Shown here piece by piece: positions 29,247 through 42,100 of a stretch of 64,000 nucleotides of DNA (its first letter is position 1; each line of letters opens with the position of its first letter). Under the pieces are notes generated by a model. It did not search any database. It was not told the origin of the DNA and saw nothing but the letters and a program-made list of their open reading frames with translations. The position numbers and the translations under genes were made by a program. The DNA comes from Paragordius varius (Eukaryota > Animalia > Nematomorpha): NCBI GenBank assembly GCA_964247055.1, contig OZ176053.1, forward strand, positions 11,036,001-11,100,000, given 5' to 3'.

Positions 29247-30088
29247 AAATAAAGTATGTGCAAACACAAAATTTTTTTTTTTGAATTTTGCGGATAACAT
29301 ATCACAAACATATTTCAATAATTGGTATAAAATAATTTTTTTCAAGTAAATTTGGTTGATTTTTATATGTTTGTGTTTGTTACCACTTGCATACGACACA
29401 CTCATTTTAGTCATTCGATTCAAATTGGGGTAGTTAGATACCCCAGGCCTGTTTAAAATCAAATACTTTAAAAAGTATGGAATTGATATTACTTATTTTA
29501 AGTTAAAACCGAAAGTTAAAAATTTCGTTAACCTGACATGTGTCAAATGGTAAAATTAAAAAATAATACAAAATAAACCGCGTTTTCTATTTCTATCTAT
29601 GTTAGACGTAATTTATTAAAAATTAGCTTTAGTTTTACCCTTACAATTAAATGAAGACGATTTGCAAAAATTTTGTAAAATAAAAATGGCCTCGAAGTAG
29701 TTTGAGATGGAACTTTTTTTTAAAACAAAATTTTATCAAGATATTTTGGCGTATTTATATAATTTTTATCAGGATAGAAGCATAAATTTAAATTGGGACT
29801 GTTTCCTTTAATAGTTTTTTAAAAAAATAAATTTATATTTAATCTGGGGTATTTAATATTCAAATCGAAGTGTTAATGATATATAAATGCAAATTATGAA
29901 ATTAATTTAATACATCTCAAATTTATTAAAATTTTAGATTCTAACTAAAGGGTTTGTCCATGAATTTATATCAACGGGCATTGCGTGTATTGATAAAAGA
30001 TTAGCAGAATTGCGTCGTGATATTTTATCCGCATTTACGCACTCGCACCATAACACCAAACACATTTCTCTGTTCGTACATTTTAAAA

Positions 30089-30422
30089 ATGACAACTGCG
30101 GTAAACTTAAAAAATTATATATAGTTACCATTAAATCCAAAGCCTTTTCTTAACGGATTGACAGGGAAAAAAGTTATTGTCAAACTTAAATGGGGAATGG
30201 AATATAAGGGCTATTTAGTTGCGCTAGATGGATATATGAATTTACAAGTATTTATAATTTATTAAATTTAGCTAGCTAACACTGAAGAATACATAGACAG
30301 TAATTTGAGCGGCAATTTGGGAGAAGTCCTTATTAGGTTTTTTGTGTATTTTATTTAGATGTAATAATGTAATGTACATTCGTGGAGTCGAAGATGAGGA
30401 AACTATGAACAATAATGTATGA
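30089..30422 (+). CDS. SNRPF: Small nuclear ribonucleoprotein F (Sm-F), 87 aa
   Basis: Exons 30089-30100, 30125-30247, 30272-30336, 30359-30422 give [81 protein letters not shown]. Introns of 24, 24 and 22 nt. Confidence 0.97.
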
Positions 30423-30558
30423 TAATTTTAAATAAATTGTACAGTGTATCCCTTATATTTTATTTTATAGATAGGGATTGTACTTTATAATACATATTTT
30501 ATTCTAGAAGATGTTACCGTTATATATTAGTGTAAAATCTTAAATAATTTACTTTGTT

Positions 30559-30790
30559 TTACACTAATAGTGGAATAAACCGGTTAAGTTTAAAGAGTGC
30601 TTGATGATAATCGTTGCATTTATATAAATGAAATGCCTGCCAATCTGAAATTGCTTCAGCCACTATTTTAGCATCTTTGTTAATCAACGTTACATAGGAT
30701 AGATATAAAAAAATATATATCTGACAGCATTTGTTCGTTTTCTTTGTCAAATTGTCTATCCAGCGTTTTTTCTAAAACCCCTTTTTAAAA
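30559..30790 (-). pseudogene. Possible decayed hAT-type transposase fragment
   Basis: Two frame-shifted pieces, GVLEKTLDRQFDKENEQMLSDIYFF and KIVAEAISDWQAFHLYK. The first loosely resembles the hAT 'ELxRRF' C-terminal region. Weak. Confidence 0.25.
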
Positions 30791-31055
30791 TAACAGTTGA
30801 TTTCTAACAATGGCGAAAAAACTGGCTTAAATACACCTAAGTTTCAACAATCGACATTGTTCTATGCTCTAGCAAAAACATCATTCAAATTCTATCGATT
30901 CTGGGCTATTATTGATGTAAATTATTTCGTTATAACTTAGATTATAATTTTTTCAGCATAAATTATATTTAATTTTTAATATTCTTTAGCACATAATTTA
31001 TTTTAGAATGTATCATAAAATTAAGCTGGAATGCATATACTATAAAAATATATAT

Positions 31056-31633
31056 ACCATTTGCACTTCAAGAGTGTCCTTGAACACTTCAAGTTGGTCC
31101 TTGAACAGTTAAGTTGGTCCTTGAACACTTCAAGTTGGTCCTTTGACTTTTTTTGTTATGTTTTTAACCTTTATTAATCAAATCGTAAATAATTCATCTA
31201 TTTTATTGTTTTTAACCTATTTTCTATTTAACATAAATTTTAGATCCATATCAACTTTTAATCTTTAAGAAACCGTATATCATTATTTATTTCTTATAAT
31301 AATTTTGGATATTTATAATATTTTAACACGAAATAAAAATATATATAAGTTTTCTGGGTTATTGATTAAAATTTTTCATCAAAAACATTTAAAAGTCAAT
31401 AATTTTGTTCAATTGAAAAAAAATAGTTGGAAACAAAATTTAAATATTTTTTTATTTTTTAATGAATAAGTATATAATAAATATAAAAAAAAATAAATGC
31501 AAAAATTATGGTTAAATCAAAATTTATAAATTTTAAGGACCAACTTGAAGTGATCAAGGACCAACTTGAACTGTTCAAGGACCAACTTGAATTGTTCAAG
31601 GGTGTTCAAGGACACTATTGAAGTGCAAATGGT
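31056..31633. mobile_element. MITE/foldback element, ATAT-ACCATTT family
   Basis: atat|ACCATTTGCACTTCAA ... TTGAAGTGCAAATGGT|atat. Each arm carries about three copies of a ~21-bp unit (cttcaagttggtccttgaaca). Confidence 0.85.
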
Positions 31634-31994
31634 ATATTTTAATTTTCCACTTTTATAGTAAAATCTTTATCGAAAAAAATATAATGCGTAATTTCCTCAA
31701 TTTTGTTATTTTAGAATGATTTGTTAAAAGGCAAATTTGAATTGTATGAGGGTGAATTTGAATTGTTTAAGGGTGAATTAGAAGTTTAAGTGTTATGTAT
31801 TGATAATGTTGTATAGATTATAAAATATTTAGTTGTTGCTATAAATGTTATTGAAGAAACATTTTAGTTATGATGATTGATGCGAATTTTAAAATCTATA
31901 TGTTATCTATTGATTTAGTTTATGTAGAGCAAAATAAACGGTTAAAGAATATATCCTTTATAGAATAAGTTAAATGTCAAAAGTCATGAATCTT

Positions 31995-32135
31995 TTACAC
32001 ATTAAGTCCTATTGCCACCTCCCCTCGGTGTTGGCTGGGGCACGAAAATGCGCTAACGGCAAAGTCCAGTTTCTAATAATCTGTAAATCGTTAGTTAAAC
32101 ACAAGGGCAAGTGTTTGGTAAAAAATTGCCTCAGA
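31995..32135 (-). repeat. About 140-bp interspersed repeat (SINE-like or TE fragment)
   Basis: The reverse complement matches about 45493-45625 (gaggcaattttt..gcccttgtgt..gatttacaga..gcattttc.tgc.cc.gccaaca..ggtggcaataggact). Confidence 0.7.
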
Positions 32136-33159
32136 TTACGACGAAGTATAAATATTATGAGTATGATTTACTTTGTGTTACGAAAACTTCGAATCTGGAG
32201 TAACCTTTATGACAATAATTCCCTTTTTAAAATGTTAAAATAAATGACAGTATTTTAAGCGTAAGCTGAACGTTGTTCTAATATATATATATATATATAT
32301 ATAATTTGCAATGTCCCTCAAACTACAAAATATGGAAAGATAATCATAAGGAGTCCTTATCATCATGTTAATATTGGTTTATTAATTTAGATTAGGAGTG
32401 TTTAATACTAATGGCGCGGTAGCATTTTTTAAGAGAAATTCAGCGGCCTTTGTTAAATATGAAAATTCATTGTAAATAATAATTAACCCTTTATTGAACA
32501 CTTATTGATAAAGAATTGTCATTTTTTTGTGTAAATCGACTATAAAAAATATAGTTTTATTTTAGCAGTTTAATATAACTAAATTTATATAAATAAAATA
32601 TTTTTGCATAAAATTCTATTTTTATTTGGCATTTTCAATTTTTTCACGGGAAACCCTTGAATTATAAGGAAAATTTGGAGTTGTTTTTGTTTTTGCAACG
32701 ATTTGGATCCAGGGTTTTGGTTCAAAACTGTTTCGGATATTTTTTCGTTTCCGAGAAAAAATGTGGTCATGCTTCCGTCCTTATCTTATAGCGGGTTAAA
32801 TTTGAGTCAAGTTGGTAACTTATCAAGAACTTATATTTAATAAGATTTTAATCTAAAAATGGATAAAGGATATACAAGGGAAAATGCAAAACTAACGACA
32901 GCCAGCCAATTGTGGAGATCTTGGCTTGAATTTTTAGAGTAAGCTAAATAATTTGATGGTTGTAATAATAGGTGCATAAAAAATATATTTATTAAAACTC
33001 CAATGATTTAAATTTGAAAGTTTTTGCTATTTTTAGATGTTAAACATTCATTAAGTTTAAAATTGAATTTAATTTTTGAAGCTCTTCGATGATTTTATGT
33101 CAAAAACAAAAACCATAAAAGTGTTTTTTCTGATGCTATCATATATAATTAAATTAATG

Positions 33160-34262
33160 GAAACATCTGGAGAGTTTCAGAAAGAATTATACATGTGTTT
33201 TATTGATTACAAACAAGCCTTCGATTCGATAAATTATGATTCCTTGTGGGAAACATTAATGTTAGTAGGGGTATCGTCCGACTTAATAAGATTGATTAGC
33301 TCTCTCTATGTAAAACAAAGAGCGATTATTAGAACATCAGCGGGGGACACAGACGAAATACCTATCTTGAAAGAAGTCCAAGGGTCTTTCTTATCCCCTT
33401 ATCTGTTCAATATGTGCACAGAAATGATAATGAGGAAGTTAGATGGTAAAAATATTGGAGTAAGAATAGGAGGGAAAACAATCAATAATTTAAGGTTTGC
33501 GGACGATACCACTCATAGCTGAAAGTGCAAATGATTTGAAGGAATTGATCGAAGAGATTTGAAAGGAAAGTTTGAGTTATGGTCTTATGCTTAACCCTAA
33601 CAAAACCAAAATACTATGCACTGAAGAAAAGCCTACAATTATTATGGAAGGAGTATAAATAGAAATGTTAAACAGTTAACGTTTTTGGGCGCAATAATTT
33701 CAGAGGATGGGTTTTCAACTCCTGACATCAGAAAGAGAATAGGATTGGATAGAGGATGACCAAATTAATAAAGATTTGGAAAAACAAAAGCGTAGGAGTT
33801 GAAACCAAAAAAAGATTACACCACTGTTTCGTTCTCCCGGTCACCACATATGGATGTGAGAGCTGGACTCTCAGAAAATAAGACAAAGAAAGGCTCATGG
33901 CTTTCGAAAGGAGCTGCTGGCCTAGGATGCTAGGATACATCTGGAAGGATAAAATTAAGAATGGAAATCTAACTACAGAAATAAATAAAACAAACATCCT
34001 GGAGATAATTCTAAAGAGAAGTTAACATATTTTGGTAATGTCATGCGATCGAATTCTCTAGAGAAAGATACAATGGGGAAGGTAGAAGGACAAAGGAAAC
34101 GAGACCGACCACCGATGAGGTGGTTGGATATGATAAAAAAGTGAGACTAAAATGACATTAAACGATCTCAATCTAGCGGTAAAAGATAGAAGAAAATGGA
34201 AAGAAATAGTGAAAACTATATCCAAAAAGTCGTTTACGACTTAGGAATAACCAACCAACCAA
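33160..34262 (+). mobile_element. 5'-truncated RTE-clade LINE (decayed reverse transcriptase)
   Basis: LYMCFIDYKQAFDSI..LSPYLFN..GVRIGGKTINNLRFADDT, followed by frameshifted thumb-region fragments. The 3' end has short tandem (aacc)n repeats. Confidence 0.9.
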
Positions 34263-34638
34263 ATTAAATATTTGTACTGGATATTAGTTGGGGGCATTTT
34301 TGTTAATGCATATTTTAATCAAAATTCATTATGATAATATATTGAGAACAGAATATGCAAACCACCTTATTATCTTAATTTGCATTTAAAACAAACAATA
34401 ATGTATTTTATACAAAAAGAATGCGAACAACACTAAATAAACATTAGTAATCAACTTTACATAACATTTATATAAGTAGAGAAAAAGTACTAATTTATTA
34501 ATAAAAATAAGTTTTATAGCAATTACACACACACTGCATATGATTATACAAACGCACGGATTTTAAAAAGGCAAAAATGCATTTTGAGCAAACAATAAAT
34601 AAAATAAATAAATGGTTATATTAAATTAAATAATCAAA

Positions 34639-37600
34639 CTATGAATCAGCAAGCAAAGAGTCCTCGCTCGGTGTTGTAGATAAGATAGTTGCTCGGAAAA
34701 TTTCTTTGATGGCATCCTTGAGGCATTGGAAATTATAATCAATAAGACCTAAACACAAAAAATGTATAGTATATAGGTGCATAAATTTAAACATTTTCCA
34801 TTTATCTCTGAAATAAATTTTTAACAACATTTGAAAATGTAACTCTTCTAAAAAATACATGGTTTAGTTACTATAATAAAAAGTTTAAATTTTTTTTATA
34901 ATCGCAATCCTGATAGAAGTATTTTATATCCCTTAAATAAATTAATTTAAGGATTAAAACCGTAGAAATTTTTTTATCCAAAATCATTACCATATCAAAT
35001 TCACCAGTAAATATTTACAGTAGTTTTTAAAATTAACATAAATGGTATTAATAAATTTAATATTATTGCCAAAAAAATTGTAACAATTAACAATTTATTA
35101 ATTTAGATCCTAAAAACAAAACCTCATCCCTACCTTGTTTTTTGAAGGCACCGTCACGCACAATGCACACAAGTGCAAGATACTTATTAATTTCACGCAA
35201 ATATAAAACGACCGATGTACTTAATTTTATGACTGCTTGCGATTGGGCATCAAATGGACAAGCAACGGTTGATTTAGATTTTTTCATGGATGGTAGTCTA
35301 GTAACAAAAAAGATTTGGGGTTAAAATCGAATCTTATTGATTAGGGTACTTTACAAGTTGTGATATAACAACAAATATATATTTCTGGTTTTCAATGACT
35401 ATAATTGCCAAAATATTATCTTAAGTAAAGAGACATATTATTGGCTCCGATTCGGTGCAGATAAAGAATGTGTATTTTTCCTCTTATTTAAATTTTCGCT
35501 AATGGAATAGAGTACAATAAATAAAAAATTAGTGATTTTTTACTCACATATTAAAATAAGCATATAAAAATACCAATAAAAGCATATAAAATTATAAAAA
35601 AAATATAAACCATAAACCAATATTTGTTATGTGGGTAATTAATATATGAAATCAAATTTTTTGTGAATAAACCCTTATTCTTTTATGTAGAAGGACCTTT
35701 GTGCCTTTTTTATGAATACAATTAAAACATTTAAAAAATATCCGTATAGATTTATAATAAATATTAAATATAATTAATCTTATGAATGCAACTGCTGAAA
35801 TTGGTCAATGAAATAAAATAAATTTTTTTTTAAATAAATATAAAAAATAAATATTAAACAATTTTGACAAATCTAAATACTTTGATAAAGTGTATATTTT
35901 ATAATCCTATAAACACATTAAAAAAATTGTTTTTAAGTTTTTTTTATGCCTTTTAGCCACAAATAGTTTTTTACACACGTAGAATTAAAAATATGACTGT
36001 TTTGTCAAAATTTTAAAAAAATTGATTTTTCCAAAAAAACTTATTCTATGTAATCAATCAAAGAACATCCAAAAATCAATAACTTCAACTAAACACCCCA
36101 CGAACTTACCCATATATGCATGATAAATCAACCAAAACATCAATCATATCGCAACACAATTCATAAGTTTGAATATCAACCGGATTACTATCGGTGGCAA
36201 TGTAAATCTTGCTAACTACATCGCATAAAAACGCTTTTTCGATACCAGATCCCTGTGACCATAAAAACAATTTTAATAATTTTCAAGAGGCATTAGTATT
36301 TATTTTAAACGGGCTGAATATAAATAGGGATAACATATATAACAAATTATTAAATTCTCTTAAACAGCGTTTATGTATGGCTTTATTTTTCAAAAAATCA
36401 AACATATGGGTTACCGTAATGAATATGTTGAGTAAATTTTCTAATGCTGGTAATTGTGGGATTAATTGTTGCACAACTTTGCTTATCGCCTCATAAATTG
36501 AGTAATCATATATACTTGTCATGTAAAACCTATATCATGATATATATAGTTGGTGAATATTTAAAAAAATTTTTATCAGGCAGGATTAAATATTATGATA
36601 TCTAAATTTAGATAGCGTGATCCAAAAAAGTATTATTATTTTTCTATTAATTTAAGAACGGGTATAAATTTATGAATTTTTAACCATAAATTTATTGGAA
36701 ACCAAAAATTAATAAAGGAGGGAGTTTTTGGTTATATATAAATATTTTTTTACTTGACATATATATCGTGCAAAGTTGCTTCATCCATCTCCTGTTTTAG
36801 GACTTGATAAATCTGTCGCTGAGCCTCTACCATAAATATAAAATTGTGATACTAAGTATGATTTTAAATCTAAAATATCATTTCAACAAAAGTATATAAT
36901 AAATATAAAACATTTTATGGAAATTATTTTCTTAGCTTTTATATTTATTATAAAGATGGCGTTTTCCGCCAAATATTTTGTAAGATTATAAAATATATAA
37001 TACCAATTTTTTGTTCATCGGATAAACCATCAATTTTGTGGATAAATAAATGATATTTCAACTTTGGGTTTATATGAAAAGATTTGACCATGGAAGCCAC
37101 AAACAGGGAAAGTGGGTTTGCATTGTCGTCCTAAGTATATAATAGAAATTAAATAAACAAAATATATTTAATATAAAATTTAAGCTTAAATTTTGTTTCA
37201 AATGATATCATTTTAATACTAGGTAAAAACAACCAAATTCTTGTAATTTAATCAGAAAATTTTATTACATCTGATTCCAATTTTTATTTAAAATAAGTTT
37301 AATAATTTCAAATTTTATATAAATAAATAACAAAAAATGTAAAAACAAAAAAAGCTTGTATTTATCTCATTAAAACTTTTATTGTCTGGAAAAAAGTTAA
37401 AGATCCGGTCCAATCTCTCTATTTTAGTTATAAAAAATGAAAATTTTATCTTAAAATAAAAAAACTTGTGCATCCATAACAAAAATAACAGCATCACACG
37501 TTAAAAACAAATTTTCAGTTTCCTTGCTTTCAAACATATTTTGAATATTGTGTCCAGGATAATCCCATAACTGAAACTGTAACATAGGACTATTTTGATA

Positions 37601-37977
37601 ATCTATGAATTAACTTTTAAAAAACCATTCTTAGTTATAACTTTGGTGCTTTCAAGAAAAAATGTTTCATTTGGTGTCATTTTATGAAACACAACATTTT
37701 GAATGGATGATTTGCCACTTCTAAAGATTTGTTAGATATATATGCAAACTAACCTGGGTAACCCCATAAGTAAGAGTTTTGGCGTAAATGGCAAATATTG
37801 CAAATTATCATATTCATCTTCTTCTTTATCCTTTTCATTTGAATCTGTGGAACATACTCCATCATCTGTTCGGTAAGATGTGCTAAATATTTGATCCGGT
37901 GGAGAGGTTGTAGTTATATTTTCTTCTGATGGATTGTCATAAAAAAACTTTTTGTTAAAATATACAATAAATACCAT
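34639..37977 (-). CDS. RRAGC: Ras-related GTP-binding protein C/D (Rag GTPase, Gtr2 orthologue)
   Basis: Exons: (37977-37975), 37947-37754, 37720-37626, 37602-37466, 37130-37004, 36826-36754, 36529-36415, 36252-36110, 35297-35134, 34748-34639. Motifs: [108 protein letters not shown]. RagC and RagD cannot be distinguished, and the exact N-terminus is uncertain. Confidence 0.95.
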
Positions 37978-38107
37978 TATTGTGAGTGGTGAGTAGTGGT
38001 GTGTTGGATAAAACAACCCATTATTATTTTGCTGAACCAAATCATACTAAATTACGAATGTAAACTCTTACGATGCAGAGTAACATATGAAATAATAATT
38101 CGCGGCA
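37978..38107. promoter_or_regulatory. Putative bidirectional promoter between RagC/D and UBR7
   Basis: 130 nt between divergent ATGs. Inferred from geometry only. Confidence 0.55.
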
Positions 38108-39105
38108 ATGTCAAATTCAACAGATATATTCGAAAATTCGCCTCAGCCAAAAGAACCAATCTTGACTGCTTTAGACATTTTAAATGATGAAAGAGAGTTA
38201 GAAGAAGAAGCTAGTGCGCTTTTTGGAAATTTTGAAAATAACATATGTACCTATGAAAAAGTTTCTAAATTTCTTTATTAAAGGGTTATATGAACCGTCA
38301 ACCATTATACTCTTGCCTCACTTGTCGAGAAAACGAAGGCGAAACAGCAGGTATTTGCTTAGCCTGCTCATTAAATTGTCACGAAAATCACAACCTTGTT
38401 GAACTATATACCAAAAGGTTTTTACATTTTAGAAAAGTAATAAAATTTATTTTTATTATGGTTTTAAGTAAAATATGTAAAAACAAATATTTCCGGATTA
38501 ATTGTATAAATAATTAAAATTTAGAAATTTCAAATGCGATTGTGGCAATAGCAAATTTAAAGATAAATGTCTCTTATGCCCAGACAAAGATGAAATTAAT
38601 AGTGATAATATTTACAATCATAATTTTGAAGGCGTTTATTGCACATGTAACAGACCGTATCCAGATGATGAAAATGAAGTTTGAATTTTTTAATGTATAT
38701 TTAAGATTTTATGATATAATAGTGTATTTTTTAATAAATGTTTTTGTTGTTTTTATAATTATTACCACATCCACTCAAATTTTCGTTTTCTATGCTTAAA
38801 AATTTTTTAATTGTATCTCAGTAACAATAGAATATTTTCAGAAAAAATAACCTAGACACTCACATTTTTTCATTTATATTTAAATTTAGATCATGTTAGT
38901 CAAGCCTAAGCCGTATCATAACATTTAAACTATTTTTTTATTATTTAAAAATACAAAGCAAATCGTGGCTATTTATAATAATTCGAAATAAGAAATTTTG
39001 ATAAAAAACCGTCAAATAGCGGAACCATTTTTTATCTCTGTATATTAAAAATTTACTTTATATATAAAAATTAATTTCATCAATATTATTACTATTCATG
39101 ATTTG

Positions 39106-39147
<42 letters not shown>

Positions 39148-42100
39148 CCACCACATGTAATTATCTACGGTACATAAGGGCGTAATAATTAAATACACTG
39201 GCTGGCATACATTGAGGATTAAAAATTAACTAGATTTATTTCTTGTTTCATGGTTTTTTTTTCAAATATTAAGCAAAAAGTTGCTAAGTTAAATATTTTA
39301 TTTATGAAAAATTTTTTTTAAATAATTTCGGCATACAAAACCTTAACCTAGCTATAAAAATTATTTGGTAAATTTTTAATTATTATAAATAAAAAACCCG
39401 TTTGTTTAATTACATATTAGAAGGATCATTAAAAACATATTATCTTAAATAACGTATATTGATTTCCGCAAATTCTAAAAAAATAGATATATATGAATCA
39501 TTCAGTTAAGCGTCTAGAGACCAGGGGTTTCCAACACAAATGGCTGTGCGGGCCGCATTTTTAACTCAAAAATTACGACGGGCCCCTTTTGAAATATATA
39601 TGGGCACATTTAAATGATTTATTTGATTCCGAACATAAAACTTCGAAAAGAAAACCGAATGTAATATTTTTTCTTGTTCTTGCTATTTGGATAGACTTAT
39701 TTAGAAAAACTTCTAAGGAATTTCAATATCACGATTTTGGGAACTTGCTACGAAATATTTCGCAGGCTGCTTTCTAAATATGAGTGTTCACAAGGATGTT
39801 ATAAGATTATCATAAAATTGGAAGATGCAAGCACATTATACCACATTTTTAGTTTAGAAATTTGGGAAATATCAATTTAAAAACAGTTTTTTAACATATT
39901 TTTATAATTTAGAGATTTCCAAATTTTCCCAGGCCGCACATAAATCTCTAAGAGCCGCATAAAGCCCGCCGGCCGCGTGTTTACCACCCCTGGTCCAGAC
40001 TAAGCTCTGTGTTTTCTAATTTAAGTTTTAAAATAAATAAATCCAACTAATAAAATATACATATTTTTTATATAAAATATAAGAATGAAGAAGAAATGAT
40101 TCAATGCATTGTATGTGAGGACTGGTTTCATACAAATCACATATCATCGACCCTAGACAATACATTAAATACAAATCTATCCAATGATTTTGAAGAATTT
40201 ACCTGTATAGCTTGTGTGGAAAAACATCCGTTTCTTATGACATATCAAAAACATATTGCACCACAAACCATTGGAAATGACAGTATTACGATACCATGCT
40301 GATTTATTATATTCTTATTAAATAATATACCATTTCCCAGTCTAAATAAACGTTTTCCCAGTCAATCGAAACATTTTCCCAGTCAATCGAAACATTTTCC
40401 CAGTCAATCGAAACGTGTTCCCAGTCAATCGAAACATTTTCCCAGTCAATCGAAACGTTTTCCCAGTCAATTGAAACGTTTTCCCAGTCAATAAAAACAT
40501 TTTCCCAATCAATAAAAACGTTTTCCCAGTCAATAAAAACAGTTTTATTTTTCATGATAAATATCAAAACAAGACATAAAATTAATTTTTACCCATTATC
40601 AGCGTAATATTAGGATATTATTTTTCATGAAAAAACAATTATTGAATGATAATTTTCCAAGTATATTCCAATGGACAATCATTAATGACTTATTCTTTAA
40701 AGGTTACATTTTTGCATTTGAGATGTTTTTAAGATAATAATTTTTATTTTATTGATGGTTCGCATTAATATTTGCCGAACGCTTGTCAGGTTTTTCCATA
40801 AAAATACTGTCGGAAAAAATATCTAATTTTAAAAATATTTAATAAGATATTTGACTAAAACAGGGGTGTCCAACCAAGTGACTTCGCGGGCCGCATTACT
40901 CAAAAAGCACGGTGTTCCGCATTTGATATATTTCATAAATAATTTTTCAATTAGATATAAGACTGTAAAATATAAAAATTTAACAATTTTTTTTAATTTG
41001 TTACCAATTTAAGAGACTCATTAAGAGTAATTGCGTACGGAATATGAATATTACTAAGATTTTGTGGGCATATTTTTGCATATGGATTTATAAATTTTTA
41101 GTGGGCCGCACAAAGATACTCGGCACTCCGCGTTGGGCTACCGATGAACCAAATGATAAATATTATAAAATTAGGGTAATTATGTTAAGATCAATATGAA
41201 GTGTTAAATGATTGAGATAAAAATGGTATATTATTTTTATTTTTAGCATTTCATCCGTAACTATAGATTTTGTAAGTGCCGCAAATAATGCGAAATATCA
41301 ATAAAATAAAAAATATTATCTTAAAAACATCTCAAACTCCAAAAATATAATTTTAAAAGAATAAGTCATTAATGATTGTCCACTAGATTATACTTGGAAT
41401 TGTCATTCAATAATTGTGATTTTATAAAAAATAATATCCTAATATTACGCTGATAATGGTTAAAAGTTATTTTTATAACTTGTTTTAATATTTACCATAA
41501 AAAAAACCGTTTATATTGATTGGGAAAACGTTTTTATTGATTGGGAAAATGTTTCGATTGACTAGGAAAATGTTTCGATTGACTGGGAAAACGTTTCGAT
41601 TGACTGGGAAAATGTTTCGATTGACTGGGAAAACGTTTCGATTGACTGGGAAAATGTTTCGATTGACTGGAAAAATGTTTCGATTGACTGGAAAAATGTT
41701 TCGATTGACTGGGAAAATGTTTCGATTGACTGGGAAAACGTTTATTTAGACTGGGAAATGGTATATTATACCATTTCCCAGTCTAAATAAACGTTTTCCC
41801 AGTCAATCGAAACATTTTCCCAGTCAATCGAAACATTTTTCCAGTCAATCGAAACGATTTCCCAGTCAATCGAAACATTTTCCCACTCAATAAAAACGTT
41901 TTCCCAGTCAATAAAAACAATTTCCCAGTCAATAAAAACATTTTCCCACTCAATAAAAACGTTTTCCCAGTCAATAAAAACGGTTTTATTTTTGATGATA
42001 AATATCAAAACAAGAATATAAAAACAACTTTTATCCATTATCAGCGTAATATATGGAGATAATTTTTAATTAAAAACACAATTTGAATGACAGTTTTTTT

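Noticed and set aside
25566-29451. One large hAT element enclosing the second SPIN copy (CAGGGG... / ...GGCCTG)
   Set aside because: The putative TIRs align poorly and the flanks give no convincing 8-bp TSD.
30683-30701. Possible 19-nt intron joining two short minus-strand frames
   Set aside because: No recognisable host protein results and upstream frames are closed by stops. A decayed TE frameshift is more parsimonious.
35087-35324. Apparent histone H4-like fragment ([12 protein letters not shown]) and the plus-strand 60-aa ORF
   Set aside because: The minus frame is a RagC/D exon that splices to GLIDYNF. The plus ORF is its antisense shadow.
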